From the NCBI GenBank assembly GCA_964433675.1, contig CAYSSJ010000002.1, positions 7,471-71,470 on the forward strand: a DNA stretch of 64,000 nucleotides, written 5' to 3'. Positions 52,224 to 62,976 of this stretch are shown here, piece after piece (positions within the stretch are counted from its first letter, which is position 1; every line of letters begins with the position of its first letter). The DNA is from an uncultured Candidatus Cloacimonadota bacterium (GTDB lineage Bacteria > Cloacimonadota > Cloacimonadia > Cloacimonadales > TCS61). The notes beneath the pieces were generated by a model. It saw only the letters and a list, made by a program, of their open reading frames with translations, searched no databases and was not told the DNA's origin. A program made the position numbers and the translations under genes.

Positions 52224-53831
52224 TTAATGTTTAAAGTGTCTTCTTTGGGTAAAGATCATTGCAACTTCAAGTTCATCGCAGGTTTTGATCACAGATTTAT
52301 CTCTGATAGAGCCACCGGGTTGAACTACCAGCTCTATCCCCTCTTTTGCCACTGCTTCTATCGAATCGGCAAAAGGGAAGAATGCATCTGAGACTAAAAT
52401 TGCCTTCTTCATCTCTTGCAGATAATAGCTTTCAAAATCTTCGCCATCATACTCTGCTTGCAGATTTTCTTTTGCTTTCTCTATTGCCAGTTTCACCGAA
52501 GCTACCCGGTTTGGCTGTCCTGCTCCCATACCCAATAATTGCAATGCATTATCTTTTGTCTCTCTCACCAAGACAATTGCATTTGATTTTATATGTTTGC
52601 TGGCTGCTATGCCGAATTCTATCAATCTCACCCTTTTGTCCAAATCGATAGCTTTTCGGGTAACTACTCTCAACTCTTCATAAAGCTCCGCATCTCTGTT
52701 TTGTACCAATAGACCACCTTGGACCGGTTTCATTTGGTACGGATCGATAAATTCGGAAGGGTCATATTTGATGATCCTGAGATTCTTGCTCTTTTGCAAA
52801 TATTCGAGAGCTTCTTTTTCATAGCCAGGTGCTATTATCACCTCTACGAACTTCCGTTTGCTCTTGTTCGGATTATCCAGATCCAAATAACCTACCGTCT
52901 CATATTTGAGCGGTGTATTGAATGCGATTATCGAACCGAAAGCTGAGATGGGATCACCCTCCCAGGCGGTTTTGAATACTTCAGCTTGGATATCACCTTG
53001 CGCATAGCCGCAGGGATTTGTATGTTTGATAATAACGCACCCGTTTGGCTGCAAATCATGCACAGCTTGGATGGCACCGTCTATATCTACTATGTTGTTG
53101 TAAGAAAGCTCTTTACCATGCAGTATCTTCATATCGTGAATAGAATTGACCGATAATGACCTTTTGAAGAATACACCATTCTGATGCGGGTTTTCACCAT
53201 AACGCATCTCTCTGCCATGTTCATAGCTCAACCTGATGCTGTTTATATCGGCGAATTTATCCAGCGTAGTAGCAATATCAGCCTCATAATCTGCCGAGTA
53301 ATTAAATGCCTGTCGCATCAAATTGAATCGTGTCTCTTCCGAGATATGCCCGTCATTATCCGATAATTCTTCCATTAGTTGCTTGTATTGATTTGGGTCT
53401 GTCAAGACAGTTACATATTTATAATTCTTAGCTGCAGCGCGGATCATCGTAGGACCTCCGATATCAATATACTCGATCAGATCTGTCAGCTCTGCTTCGC
53501 TATCTTTCATCTGATCAAATGGGTAGAAATTGCATACTACCAGGTCGATGTTCTGAATGTTATGCTTCTCGGCTTCCTGAGCATCTTTTCCTCGATCACC
53601 CAATATTCCTGCTGCTATCTGATAAGAGATCGTTTTCACTCTTCCGCCAAAAATTTCCGGATTTCCCGTATAAGCAGAGATCTCGATAGCCGGGATATTA
53701 GCTTCCCGTAAGGTTTTCAATGTGCCGCCCGAGGCAATTATTTCACAATCGAGTTTATGTAATAAATTGGCTAAATCCACTATATCGGTCTTGTCATAAA
53801 CACTCAATAGTGCCCGTCTTATGCGTGTCAT
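52224..53831 (-). CDS. purH: Bifunctional AICAR transformylase / IMP cyclohydrolase
   Basis: ALLSVYDKT, GRVKT, IDIGGPTM, RYGENPHQ, KHTNPCG, SDAFFPF, RHFKH. Confidence 0.96.
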   Translation of the reverse strand: MTRIRRALLSVYDKTDIVDLANLLHKLDCEIIASGGTLKTLREANIPAIEISAYTGNPEIFGGRVKTISYQIAAGILGDRGKDAQEAEKHNIQNIDLVVCNFYPFDQMKDSEAELTDLIEYIDIGGPTMIRAAAKNYKYVTVLTDPNQYKQLMEELSDNDGHISEETRFNLMRQAFNYSADYEADIATTLDKFADINSIRLSYEHGREMRYGENPHQNGVFFKRSLSVNSIHDMKILHGKELSYNNIVDIDGAIQAVHDLQPNGCVIIKHTNPCGYAQGDIQAEVFKTAWEGDPISAFGSIIAFNTPLKYETVGYLDLDNPNKSKRKFVEVIIAPGYEKEALEYLQKSKNLRIIKYDPSEFIDPYQMKPVQGGLLVQNRDAELYEELRVVTRKAIDLDKRVRLIEFGIAASKHIKSNAIVLVRETKDNALQLLGMGAGQPNRVASVKLAIEKAKENLQAEYDGEDFESYYLQEMKKAILVSDAFFPFADSIEAVAKEGIELVVQPGGSIRDKSVIKTCDELEVAMIFTQRRHFKH

Positions 53832-53832
53832 C

Positions 53833-54657
53833 TCATCTCCTTTCTTGTTTTATATGTTCTACTATGTTTCTAAAAATTTTCAGTCCATCTCCTTCATGAG
53901 AGATGTGCGGATCTTTTTGGATAAGAGCATGCCAATCGGGATGATTGAACAGCGATAAATATGCTTCCGGATGTGGCATCATGCCGAGGATATGACCACT
54001 CCTATCTGTTAGTGCTGCACAGTTTAGGTCGGAACCGTTCGGATTTGCCGGATAGTTGGAAGTGACATTGGACTTCTCATCAGCATAGCTCATACAGTTG
54101 AGATTGTTATCCAATATTTGCCTTCTAACCATTTCATCGGAAATCACCAGTTTACCCTCACCATGCCTGACAGGTAGATGCAAAAGAGCCAACTCTTTTA
54201 AAAACGGCGTATTCGTTTGCTCAATTTTACAATAACACCATCTATCTTCAAATTTGGACGAATCATTGTAAGTAAGCGTCACTTCCCGGGTATAATCACC
54301 ACTTAGATTGGGAAGTAATCCCATCTTGACCAAAAACTGAAATCCGTTGCAAACTCCGAGGATATATTTCCCGTCAGAGATGAAATCTTCCAATTCTTTG
54401 AAGAAAAGCTTACCGTTTATCAATTTCTTATACTTCATCTTATTAGCCAACACTTTTCCGGAGCCAAGGTCATCTCCGAAGGAGAAACCACCCGGAAAAT
54501 TACAGATATCATAGCCATGGATGGATACCTTTTGCATAAAAATATCGTTTAGATGTACAATCTCAGCGGTAGCGCCTACCAAGCGATAAGCCGCTGCCAT
54601 TTCCTCTTCGCAATTTATGCCAAACCCTGTGATAATCAAAGCTCTGACATCTTTCAT
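53833..54657 (-). CDS. purQ: FGAM synthase glutaminase subunit
   Basis: GINCEEE, PGGFSFGD, GVCNGFQ, HGEG, MMPHPE. Confidence 0.93.
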   Translation of the reverse strand: MKDVRALIITGFGINCEEEMAAAYRLVGATAEIVHLNDIFMQKVSIHGYDICNFPGGFSFGDDLGSGKVLANKMKYKKLINGKLFFKELEDFISDGKYILGVCNGFQFLVKMGLLPNLSGDYTREVTLTYNDSSKFEDRWCYCKIEQTNTPFLKELALLHLPVRHGEGKLVISDEMVRRQILDNNLNCMSYADEKSNVTSNYPANPNGSDLNCAALTDRSGHILGMMPHPEAYLSLFNHPDWHALIQKDPHISHEGDGLKIFRNIVEHIKQERR

Positions 54658-57641
54658 CTTAGCTCCAATCCAGATTCCCAACTCATCTGTAATTCAGATA
54701 CAGGACAGTTTATGATTAACTTATTTTTATAGGAGACAGAGAAATTTTTATCGGAAGTCACTTTTCCAATTCTGAAAGCATCATTTTCAAATATCTTCTC
54801 CAGCATATCCGCATCCTTTTCTTTTACTGAGATAATAAAGCGTGAATGCGATTCGGAGAATAGTATTTGAAACAGCTCATCAAATTGATCGAGATGTATT
54901 TTCACGCCCAGATCAGTTCCGATCACCGATTCTGCTAATGCTACAATCATCCCACCATCGGAGATATCATGAGCAGAGCGTAGCAGTTGCTTTCTGTGCG
55001 CCTCTGTCATGTTCAGATAGCGCTTCTTTGCATCCTCTTTGCGCACAACAGGTACATTTTTACCCAAATGACCGAGCAGTTTGTAAAATTCCGAACCACC
55101 CATTTCATTATAGGTTTTTCCTATGATATAGATCAGATCATCGGCTTGTTTGAAATTGCTACTGGTCGTCTTTCGCACATCATCTAGCTTTGCAACAATC
55201 GAATATAACACTGTTGGTGGCACAGAGATCTTCACATCGCCGGATTTGAAGTCGTTTTTCATACTATCCTTCCCACTGGTAAGTGGGATATCGAAGTGAG
55301 TTGCCATATCATACAATGCCATATTCATCTGTACGAGTTTAGCCAGTTTGATCTTACCGTCCGGATTGGTTTTCTCGTCATAAACCGAATCTGGCACACA
55401 GAAATTATCGTTCACCGTCCAAAATCTGTTTGAGCTATCTTTCACATCGGGCAATTGACCACCAACGGAGATGATCTGCCTGATAGCTTCGTCAAATGCG
55501 CCGGCAGACATCTGATAAGCATCTATATCACCATAACGTGGAATTATACCATTTGAGATAGCAATCCCCTCATAGGAATCGTGTGTCAATCTCATCACTG
55601 CCGCATCTTGCGGAGTCTTACCATATCTACCCATCAAAGGTTTGAGTATAGTTTTACCCTTTACCTCATGATCGTATTGGCGAATCACCCACTCACGCGA
55701 GCATATGTTATAACTCGACAAGAGCTTTATCAGTGTCTCTTGAAAATTCAGATGCTTGGGTAATACCGGTTCTTTGAGTTCAGGTCGTTTCCACTGGGCT
55801 TGCAATCTTTTTCTCGGAACTCCATCGTGTAGAAATTTTAACTTGAGATACGCTACTTTTTGATCATCATAACGAACATCGAGATAGCCATCATCAGTGA
55901 AATACCCGATATGAGCAAGCTCAACTTCACGCAATTTTGCCAGTTCATAAAGCTCAGGGATATTATTCTCTTCCACCACCAGCGTCATCCTCTCTTGAGA
56001 TTCGGAAACGAATATCTCCCAAGGTCTCAGATTAAGATATTTCAACGGCACTTTTTCCAGATTGACAAGTGCGCCACCGCTTATCTGTGCCAGTTCTCCC
56101 ACTGATGAGGATAGTCCGCCGGCACCGTTATCGGTACTGCATTTTATCAAGCCTTTCTCAGCTGCTTCCTGCATAAAATCGGAGAGCAACTTCTGCGTGA
56201 TCGGGCTTCCTATCTGAACGGCGGATTGGGGCGAATGCTCATCTATCTCTGCTGAGGAGAAGGTGGCACCATGAATACCATCTTTACCTACCCGTCCACC
56301 TGCCATAATGATCAGATCACCCGCATCTATCCGCTTCTCCCATGATTTCCTACCTTTAAACTTATATGGCATCACACCGCCGGTTCCGCAGTAGACAAGT
56401 GGCTTGCCACTATAGCGCTCATCAAAGATAATAGAACCATTCACAGTAGGGATCCCCGATTTATTGCCTCCATCCTCGATTCCATGCCTGACTCCCATAA
56501 ATACCTGCCTCGGATGTAATTGCCCGGGAAGCAAAGGTTTATCATAATCCGGCGGACCGAAGCAGAGTACATTTGTGTTAAAAAGCAGCTTGCCACCACC
56601 GATACCGGTTCCCAACGGATCGCGATTGTTTCCCAAAATTCCGGTGATCGCTCCGCCATAAGGATCGATCGCCGAAGGTGAGTTGTGAGTCTCCACTTTC
56701 CAGACGAAGACTGATTTATCGTCTATTTTGACTACACCGGCATTATCGCTGAAAACTTTCAATAGCCAGTTATTACCATATTTCTGCAGCCTTTTTTGGA
56801 TTATCTTTGTCGAAGCCTTGATATAAGAATCAAAAAGAGAATCTACTACAAATGTTTCTCTGGTATCTATATCATTGTACTCTATGATCGCATTGAATTC
56901 TTTGTGTTTGCAATGCTCACTCCAAGTTTGAGCTAAAATCTCCAATTCACAGTCTGTCGGGTCTTTAGGCAGATTTTGTGACTCTCGCTTAGATTGCGTT
57001 TGCTTATTCACATAATGATTTCGAATCGCTTGCATTTCAGCAAGATTCAGGGAAAGAAGCTTTTCTTTGGAGATTTGCATAAGTTCATCATCATTAACAG
57101 CCAAAGAAACTACTTCATACATCTGTGGTTTCTCGATCTTCACATCAGGCAGATAAAATATCTTCTCACCGGTTTTCCCATACTCGAAATGATTGATGAG
57201 CGGATTTCCCAAAACCTCTTTGGCGATCAGATTCAGTTGTTTTGTATTCAACTGTTTTTCAAAAAGATAAAGCTCTTGTGAGTAAATATGTTGAGTATTG
57301 GTTTCAAGTTCCAGATCAAGAATATCATTCAAGGTTTTCTGAGCAGACATGCCTTCATCATCGGTCACACCCGGGAGTTTGGCTACCAGAATATAAGAAG
57401 CATAGCGGGGATCATGGCTCGTCGAGTCGATCTCGATATTATGGATGACAGGATCACACAGTCCCAGCTGCGCAAATTTCTCCAGATGTTCTTCAGAAAG
57501 CTTATGATCAAGCATGAATATTTTCCCGCACTTCACATTCCCAACCTGAAGGTTCAGATAATCGGAGATCATGGTAGCGACTTTGGCTCCATGACTATCT
57601 TTCACGCCGTCTTTTAGTTTTAGATAAATCTGATGCATCAA
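54654..57641 (-). CDS. purL: FGAM synthase subunit PurL with fused N-terminal PurS-like region
   Basis: PGVTDDEG and NPLIN PurS-like motifs; QTWSEHCKH, KVETHNSPS, DNGAGGL, SESQERM, HDISDGG. Confidence 0.93.
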   Translation of the reverse strand: MMHQIYLKLKDGVKDSHGAKVATMISDYLNLQVGNVKCGKIFMLDHKLSEEHLEKFAQLGLCDPVIHNIEIDSTSHDPRYASYILVAKLPGVTDDEGMSAQKTLNDILDLELETNTQHIYSQELYLFEKQLNTKQLNLIAKEVLGNPLINHFEYGKTGEKIFYLPDVKIEKPQMYEVVSLAVNDDELMQISKEKLLSLNLAEMQAIRNHYVNKQTQSKRESQNLPKDPTDCELEILAQTWSEHCKHKEFNAIIEYNDIDTRETFVVDSLFDSYIKASTKIIQKRLQKYGNNWLLKVFSDNAGVVKIDDKSVFVWKVETHNSPSAIDPYGGAITGILGNNRDPLGTGIGGGKLLFNTNVLCFGPPDYDKPLLPGQLHPRQVFMGVRHGIEDGGNKSGIPTVNGSIIFDERYSGKPLVYCGTGGVMPYKFKGRKSWEKRIDAGDLIIMAGGRVGKDGIHGATFSSAEIDEHSPQSAVQIGSPITQKLLSDFMQEAAEKGLIKCSTDNGAGGLSSSVGELAQISGGALVNLEKVPLKYLNLRPWEIFVSESQERMTLVVEENNIPELYELAKLREVELAHIGYFTDDGYLDVRYDDQKVAYLKLKFLHDGVPRKRLQAQWKRPELKEPVLPKHLNFQETLIKLLSSYNICSREWVIRQYDHEVKGKTILKPLMGRYGKTPQDAAVMRLTHDSYEGIAISNGIIPRYGDIDAYQMSAGAFDEAIRQIISVGGQLPDVKDSSNRFWTVNDNFCVPDSVYDEKTNPDGKIKLAKLVQMNMALYDMATHFDIPLTSGKDSMKNDFKSGDVKISVPPTVLYSIVAKLDDVRKTTSSNFKQADDLIYIIGKTYNEMGGSEFYKLLGHLGKNVPVVRKEDAKKRYLNMTEAHRKQLLRSAHDISDGGMIVALAESVIGTDLGVKIHLDQFDELFQILFSESHSRFIISVKEKDADMLEKIFENDAFRIGKVTSDKNFSVSYKNKLIINCPVSELQMSWESGLELR

Positions 57642-58729
57642 TTCTCCGTATTCTGATAAACCAAATCTTGAGGTTGGATCCCCATGCTACGGATTTTAAT
57701 GGTGTTCTCAGAAACAGCTTTGCCGGCAACCACAGCTTCGTAACCCATTCCGGAAGCCTTTAGCAGAATATCTTGCGTATGATCAGGATTCGTGGTTATC
57801 AGCATGCCATTACCCATATTCCAGATAGAATAAGCCTGAGTTTCGGAGATATTGCCTATTTTTTGAATTTCAGACATAAACCTTCGGGGAGCATGTAGTG
57901 TATCCAGCTCTGCTCCTAGTTTATTTGCTTTCAATACTCTGCCTAGATTGTCTGCTATACCACCGCCGGTAATATGAGCTATCCCCGATGGGATGAGATT
58001 TTCTTCTATCAGAGCAGTGATCAAAGGTGCATAGATCAAAGATGGAGTAAGAAGCTTCTCACCCCAACTTGTCCCTTCCTCATAGGTCTGATTATGCCAA
58101 TTTGTTCCGAAGTTATTTTCCATGATAGTTCTAATCAACGAATAACCATTACTTCTGAACCCTCTGCTTCTAAAAGAGATAATCTCATCTCCGACTTCGA
58201 TATCGGAACCGTCGATCGGCTTTTGCAACTTATCTGGTAACAGACCGATAGCAGTAGAACACCAGTTGAAATGCATCTTTTCGCCATAACCTCCAATTCT
58301 GTCACCTAATTCTGCAATCTCACCACCGGTTATCGATACTTTGGCAAAACCGGCAGCATCGTGCAATCCATGCATCAGTTCGTCAACGATATCAGTATCG
58401 AGAAAATCCACATCGAGAATGTTCGAAATATTCGTCGGTTCAAAACCATTGGCTACCAAATCATCGGTAACCATAGCCAGCAAATCACTTCCAATGGTTC
58501 TGTAGTTATTAGTTCGCTCCGCCAGCTCGATCTTTGTACCGATCCCATCGGATGATATACCGATACGAGAGTTTCCGAACCTGATAATATTTGAAAAAGT
58601 TCCATCGGTAGTTTTGAGCATTTCACCCGCTAGTTCATCTCGATTGGCAAATGTCTTTTTTGCCCAATTATATGCTATCTGTGAACATTTGTTACCCAAG
58701 TCTATATCTATACCACTTTTATTTACCAT
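57638..58729 (-). CDS. purM: Phosphoribosylformylglycinamidine cyclo-ligase
   Basis: DGIGTK, GGEIAEL, GFRSNGYSL, AHITGGG, NMGNGM. Confidence 0.92.
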   Translation of the reverse strand: MVNKSGIDIDLGNKCSQIAYNWAKKTFANRDELAGEMLKTTDGTFSNIIRFGNSRIGISSDGIGTKIELAERTNNYRTIGSDLLAMVTDDLVANGFEPTNISNILDVDFLDTDIVDELMHGLHDAAGFAKVSITGGEIAELGDRIGGYGEKMHFNWCSTAIGLLPDKLQKPIDGSDIEVGDEIISFRSRGFRSNGYSLIRTIMENNFGTNWHNQTYEEGTSWGEKLLTPSLIYAPLITALIEENLIPSGIAHITGGGIADNLGRVLKANKLGAELDTLHAPRRFMSEIQKIGNISETQAYSIWNMGNGMLITTNPDHTQDILLKASGMGYEAVVAGKAVSENTIKIRSMGIQPQDLVYQNTEN

Positions 58730-58743
58730 ACTCTTCCCTTTTT

Positions 58744-60237
58744 TTACTTATCGGATATATAATAATCGTGTTGTTCCGTCTCCTCGTTTGGCATATAAAT
58801 ATCATGCACTCTACCTTCGCGAATCGAGAGGGCTGAGATGAGTTCAACTTCAGCTTTCTCATGCAATTCTTTTATACTATTCACCCCGACGGTGGACATG
58901 GATGATTTTATCTTAGCCAATGTCTCTTCCAAATTATCGCGTAGTCTTCCAGAATACTCTACCAAACCTTCCACACCTTCGACGAATTTATTCTGATAAT
59001 AGCGATTTTCTTTCCAATCTCTTGCTCTGGCAGAACCCTCACCCCAATATGGCTTCATCACCCGGTTGTTTACGACCATCTTTTCTGTAGGTGATTCTTC
59101 CATACGGGCGAAATATCTGCCCATCATCACATAATCAGCTCCCAAAGCCAAAGCGATCGTGATATCTTTGGTACTGGTGACACCTCCGTCTGCAACTAGC
59201 GGAATATATTTTCCGCTTTCTTTATAGTACTTATCCCGTTCTTCTGCTACTTTTATGATCGTAGTAGCCAAACCTCGGCCGGTTCCTTTTTGTTCCTGAG
59301 TGATGCAGATAGAACCGCCACCCATTCCGACCTTTACAGCACCTGCTCCCAGATCAACCAAAAATCTGAATCCCTTTTTCGTGATAACATTTCCGCCGAT
59401 AACCGGAAGCTCGGGATATTTAGACTTGATCCATCTAATCGATTCTTCCTGATAGCTGGAGTGCCCATCTGATGAATCTACTGCGATCACATCCACCTCG
59501 GCTTCTACAAGAGCAGGCACGCGCTCTTTATAGTCGTGAGTATTCACTGCTGCCGCAGCTAAGAGACGCTTCTTCTCATCATGAACTTCATCGGGATTTT
59601 GCAATTGATCGATAATATCTTTACGGAACACTATCGCTTGTAAGATACCATGATCATCCAAAATTGGTAATACCGATTTATGACTCTCCAAGAGAATATT
59701 ATTCGCTTCCTTTAGATTGGTGATATCAACGCCGACTTCCACGTTCTCTTTCGGAATCATCCTCTGGCTTACCTTCATCTTGTCATGCAAGGAAAGGTCA
59801 TAGTCCCATTTAGTTATCAATCCTTTGAAAACTCCTTTATCATCTACCACGGGAAAAGTGGAATGACCGGTTTCCTGACGCAGTTTATACATATCTGATA
59901 TCGTTGTATCGGGGTGAACGGTTTTCGGTTTCACAAAACCGGCTTTATGTTTTTTTATCTTACGTATCATTTTTGCCTGAGATTCTATCGTCTGAGACGA
60001 ATATATGAAAGCAACTCCACCCAACTTTGCCAATTCTACCGCCATTTTTACACCCGAGACAGACTGCATTGCTGCCGAGACCATCGGGATGTTCAGATTG
60101 TATTTATCACTTTCGGTATAAACCAAAGGTGTGCGTAGCGAAATGTTATCCGCTTTGTGTTCCTCTGTAGTATAGCCTGGTAACAGACGAAATTCCATCA
60201 ATGTACGTGATGGTTCGAACATGATATTCTTAGCCAT
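58744..60237 (-). CDS. guaB: IMP dehydrogenase with CBS pair
   Basis: SAAMQSVS, DSSDG, GMGGGSICIT catalytic Cys, ADGG, MMGRYF, YWGEGS. Confidence 0.94.
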   Translation of the reverse strand: MAKNIMFEPSRTLMEFRLLPGYTTEEHKADNISLRTPLVYTESDKYNLNIPMVSAAMQSVSGVKMAVELAKLGGVAFIYSSQTIESQAKMIRKIKKHKAGFVKPKTVHPDTTISDMYKLRQETGHSTFPVVDDKGVFKGLITKWDYDLSLHDKMKVSQRMIPKENVEVGVDITNLKEANNILLESHKSVLPILDDHGILQAIVFRKDIIDQLQNPDEVHDEKKRLLAAAAVNTHDYKERVPALVEAEVDVIAVDSSDGHSSYQEESIRWIKSKYPELPVIGGNVITKKGFRFLVDLGAGAVKVGMGGGSICITQEQKGTGRGLATTIIKVAEERDKYYKESGKYIPLVADGGVTSTKDITIALALGADYVMMGRYFARMEESPTEKMVVNNRVMKPYWGEGSARARDWKENRYYQNKFVEGVEGLVEYSGRLRDNLEETLAKIKSSMSTVGVNSIKELHEKAEVELISALSIREGRVHDIYMPNEETEQHDYYISDK

Positions 60238-60248
60238 AAATCCTCCCG

Positions 60249-60698
60249 TTATATTCTGATCTTGACTTCATCTACCTTATATTTTCTCTCACAATAGACG
60301 CAGCGAACTTGCGCCGGTTCGCTATTGGTAACTTTGAATTTTGACTCTATATTCTCTATAGAAGTTATACATTTCGGATTTGGACAGACGATCAAGTTTT
60401 TGATAAATTCCGGCATTTTGAGAGATATCTTTTTTTCCACCTGATAATCCTTGATAATGATAAGACTGGCATTAGGAGCGATGAGGGCAATGCTGTTCAC
60501 CTCATCGGCAGAAAGCACCCTGTTTTCTATCTTGAGGATATCTTTTTTCCCCAATTTATTACTGGCAAGATTCATGCCCATCATCACCACATTATCTCCT
60601 TTTAGATTCAAAATCTCTGCGACTTTGAGAATCTTACCCGAAGTTATGTGATCTATCACAGTCCCATCTTTGATCGCTGTTACCTTGATCTGTCTCAT
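60249..60698 (-). CDS. pyrI: Aspartate carbamoyltransferase regulatory subunit
   Basis: IKDGTVIDHI, KKDILKIE, CPNPKCIT, CVYCE. Confidence 0.95.
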   Translation of the reverse strand: MRQIKVTAIKDGTVIDHITSGKILKVAEILNLKGDNVVMMGMNLASNKLGKKDILKIENRVLSADEVNSIALIAPNASLIIIKDYQVEKKISLKMPEFIKNLIVCPNPKCITSIENIESKFKVTNSEPAQVRCVYCERKYKVDEVKIRI

Positions 60699-61600
60699 CT
60701 CTCACCTCCCAATAGTATATTGATCAGCGCCTGACGAACATATACGCCATTCTTTGCCTGCTGAAAATAGTAAGCATATTTTGTCTCGTCCACATCGGTG
60801 GCGATTTCTTTTACTCTAGGAAGCGGATGTAACACTCTGAAATTCTCTTTGACATCTCCTAACATTGCAGAATTTATAGAATAAGAATCTTTTACTTTTT
60901 CATATTCTTCCGGATCGGCAAATCTTTCTCGCTGAATACGGGTTACATACATCAGATCAAGCTTACTGATCTCTGCCTCAATCTCGTCCATCTCGTTATA
61001 TTTTATATTCTTTTCACTCAGATCTTCGAGGATATAATGTGGCATTTTGAGATGCTCAGGTGATGCAAAGTAAAATGTTGGTGAGAAATCGGACAAAGCT
61101 TGAACGAGCGAATGTACGGTTCTACCGAATCTCAGATCGCCAACCACACCGATATGCAAATTCTCGAGTGTGCCTTGCGTTTTCACGATAGAATACAGAT
61201 CCAATAGCGCTTGCGTTGGATGCTGATTTGATCCATCTCCCGCATTTATCACGGGATTCTCCACAGTTTCGGCTGCGTATCTGGCAGCTCCTTCAATCGC
61301 TGTTCGGATCACGATCAGATCGGAATACATACTGATAGTTTTAAGTGTATCGGCAAAAGTTTCACCTTTACTTACTGAAGTGGAACTGGTCTGACTCATT
61401 GTGAGTGTAGCTCCGCCCATTCTTTTCATCGCCGTATCAAAAGAAAAATGTGTCCGCGTGGATGGTTCATAGAATAGTAAGGCAGCAAGTCTACCCCGCA
61501 TATCCGGCTTCAGTTCGCCAGAATCAATCAATTTGGTCATATCCATGATCTGAGTGATCTCCGCTTTGGAAAGATCACGCATAGAAATCAAATTCTTCAT
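60695..61600 (-). CDS. pyrB: Aspartate carbamoyltransferase catalytic subunit
   Basis: FYEPSTRT, NAGDG..HPTQ, TRIQRER, HPLPR. Confidence 0.96.
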   Translation of the reverse strand: MKNLISMRDLSKAEITQIMDMTKLIDSGELKPDMRGRLAALLFYEPSTRTHFSFDTAMKRMGGATLTMSQTSSTSVSKGETFADTLKTISMYSDLIVIRTAIEGAARYAAETVENPVINAGDGSNQHPTQALLDLYSIVKTQGTLENLHIGVVGDLRFGRTVHSLVQALSDFSPTFYFASPEHLKMPHYILEDLSEKNIKYNEMDEIEAEISKLDLMYVTRIQRERFADPEEYEKVKDSYSINSAMLGDVKENFRVLHPLPRVKEIATDVDETKYAYYFQQAKNGVYVRQALINILLGGER

Positions 61601-61602
61601 AA

Positions 61603-62976
61603 TTATCTCCTCCGATTATTTTTATAAATTGCCCAAGCTTTTTTTCTATAAGTTTTGGCAATCTGCTTGGGATGGGGATTTTCGTATATCCCTCTGCCAA
61701 CTATGATACAATCTGCACCGCCGCCGATCGCATCTTCTACAGTAATATACTGTTGTCCGATAGTATCGCTTCCCTTCTCCAGCTTTACACCCGGCATCAG
61801 CAACAGCATATTTTCCGGTATAAGAGAGCGGAAACGTTTGATATCGTCCACACTCTCTCCATGCCCGATAAATCCGGAAACGACAGTATCGTATTTCCTG
61901 CCCATCTCGATTGTTTTTCTAGTATAGTAATCTGTGATCAGATTCCCCTTGGAAGACATTCTCGCCAGCAGAAAGGAACTACGCTTTTCCACAGATTCAA
62001 AAAGCCCCTGCAAGATTCCTTCGCCCGGTAAAGAGTGTACGGTTACGAATTCTGCCCATTTAGAAATGTGATATATCCCACTATTATATTGCTTTCGTAC
62101 CGTGCTACCGATATCGGCGAATTTTCTGTCTTCAAATATCATAAATTCATATTTTTGAGAATACTCTACCAATTTATCCAAAAAAAATCGATCATAATCT
62201 TTGATGATATCAACATGCGTTTTCAACATCACGATCTCTTCTGCTACTTGATCCAGGATTTCAAAAAACATCTCTTGTTCGTCCACATCGAGTGATAAGA
62301 CAAGGTTTGATTCCTTCTTTTCTATCAAATCACAAAGCTTGGCTGTCATCTCATTCTCGCTGACTGGCTCCTCTTTTTTTACGATCGAAGTGGTAAACTC
62401 CCTTACCTTATGCACTTGATCTTTTGTAATCTTGCCAGCTTGGGAGAGAACGGACAAAATCTCGTCCAAGGTTATAATACTATGGAGCTTAAATCCCTGC
62501 TCTGCCAATTCGGAAACAGCATTTTGGCTTCTATCTATGATTACGAAAAAATCCTTTATCTCTATTCCCTCACTCTGATATTTATGGGCTGTCTCTATCT
62601 TGCTCAAACCGGTGGTAACAAGGTCATCGATAACCAAGCAGCGGCTATCTTCAGCATAACTACCAACTACATTTTTACCCGTCCCATAAGCTTTCTCTTC
62701 TTTTCTGATATAAACCAAGGGCTTATTCAACTTCGTCGATACCAGAGTAGCTAGTGGAAGCGCTGTATATGGAATTCCGGTAATAATATCGAACTTTAGA
62801 TTTTTTACCTTGTCTGCGATTAACTCACATACTTGGTCCATTAGCTTCGGATAGCTTATCAATTCCCTCAAATCGATATAGAATGGAGACGTTAAGCCAC
62901 TTTTCAGAATAAACGAACCGAATTTGATCGCTCCGATCCTTTCGAGTTCCAAAATAAATTCTTTTTTACTGATCAT
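61603..62976 (-). CDS. pyrE: Bifunctional UMP synthase (orotate PRTase + OMP decarboxylase)
   Basis: LKSG..SPFY, RKEEKAYG, VIDDLVTTG; then KTHVDI, FEDRKFADIG, GQQY, IIVGRGI. Confidence 0.92.
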   Translation of the reverse strand: MISKKEFILELERIGAIKFGSFILKSGLTSPFYIDLRELISYPKLMDQVCELIADKVKNLKFDIITGIPYTALPLATLVSTKLNKPLVYIRKEEKAYGTGKNVVGSYAEDSRCLVIDDLVTTGLSKIETAHKYQSEGIEIKDFFVIIDRSQNAVSELAEQGFKLHSIITLDEILSVLSQAGKITKDQVHKVREFTTSIVKKEEPVSENEMTAKLCDLIEKKESNLVLSLDVDEQEMFFEILDQVAEEIVMLKTHVDIIKDYDRFFLDKLVEYSQKYEFMIFEDRKFADIGSTVRKQYNSGIYHISKWAEFVTVHSLPGEGILQGLFESVEKRSSFLLARMSSKGNLITDYYTRKTIEMGRKYDTVVSGFIGHGESVDDIKRFRSLIPENMLLLMPGVKLEKGSDTIGQQYITVEDAIGGGADCIIVGRGIYENPHPKQIAKTYRKKAWAIYKNNRRR

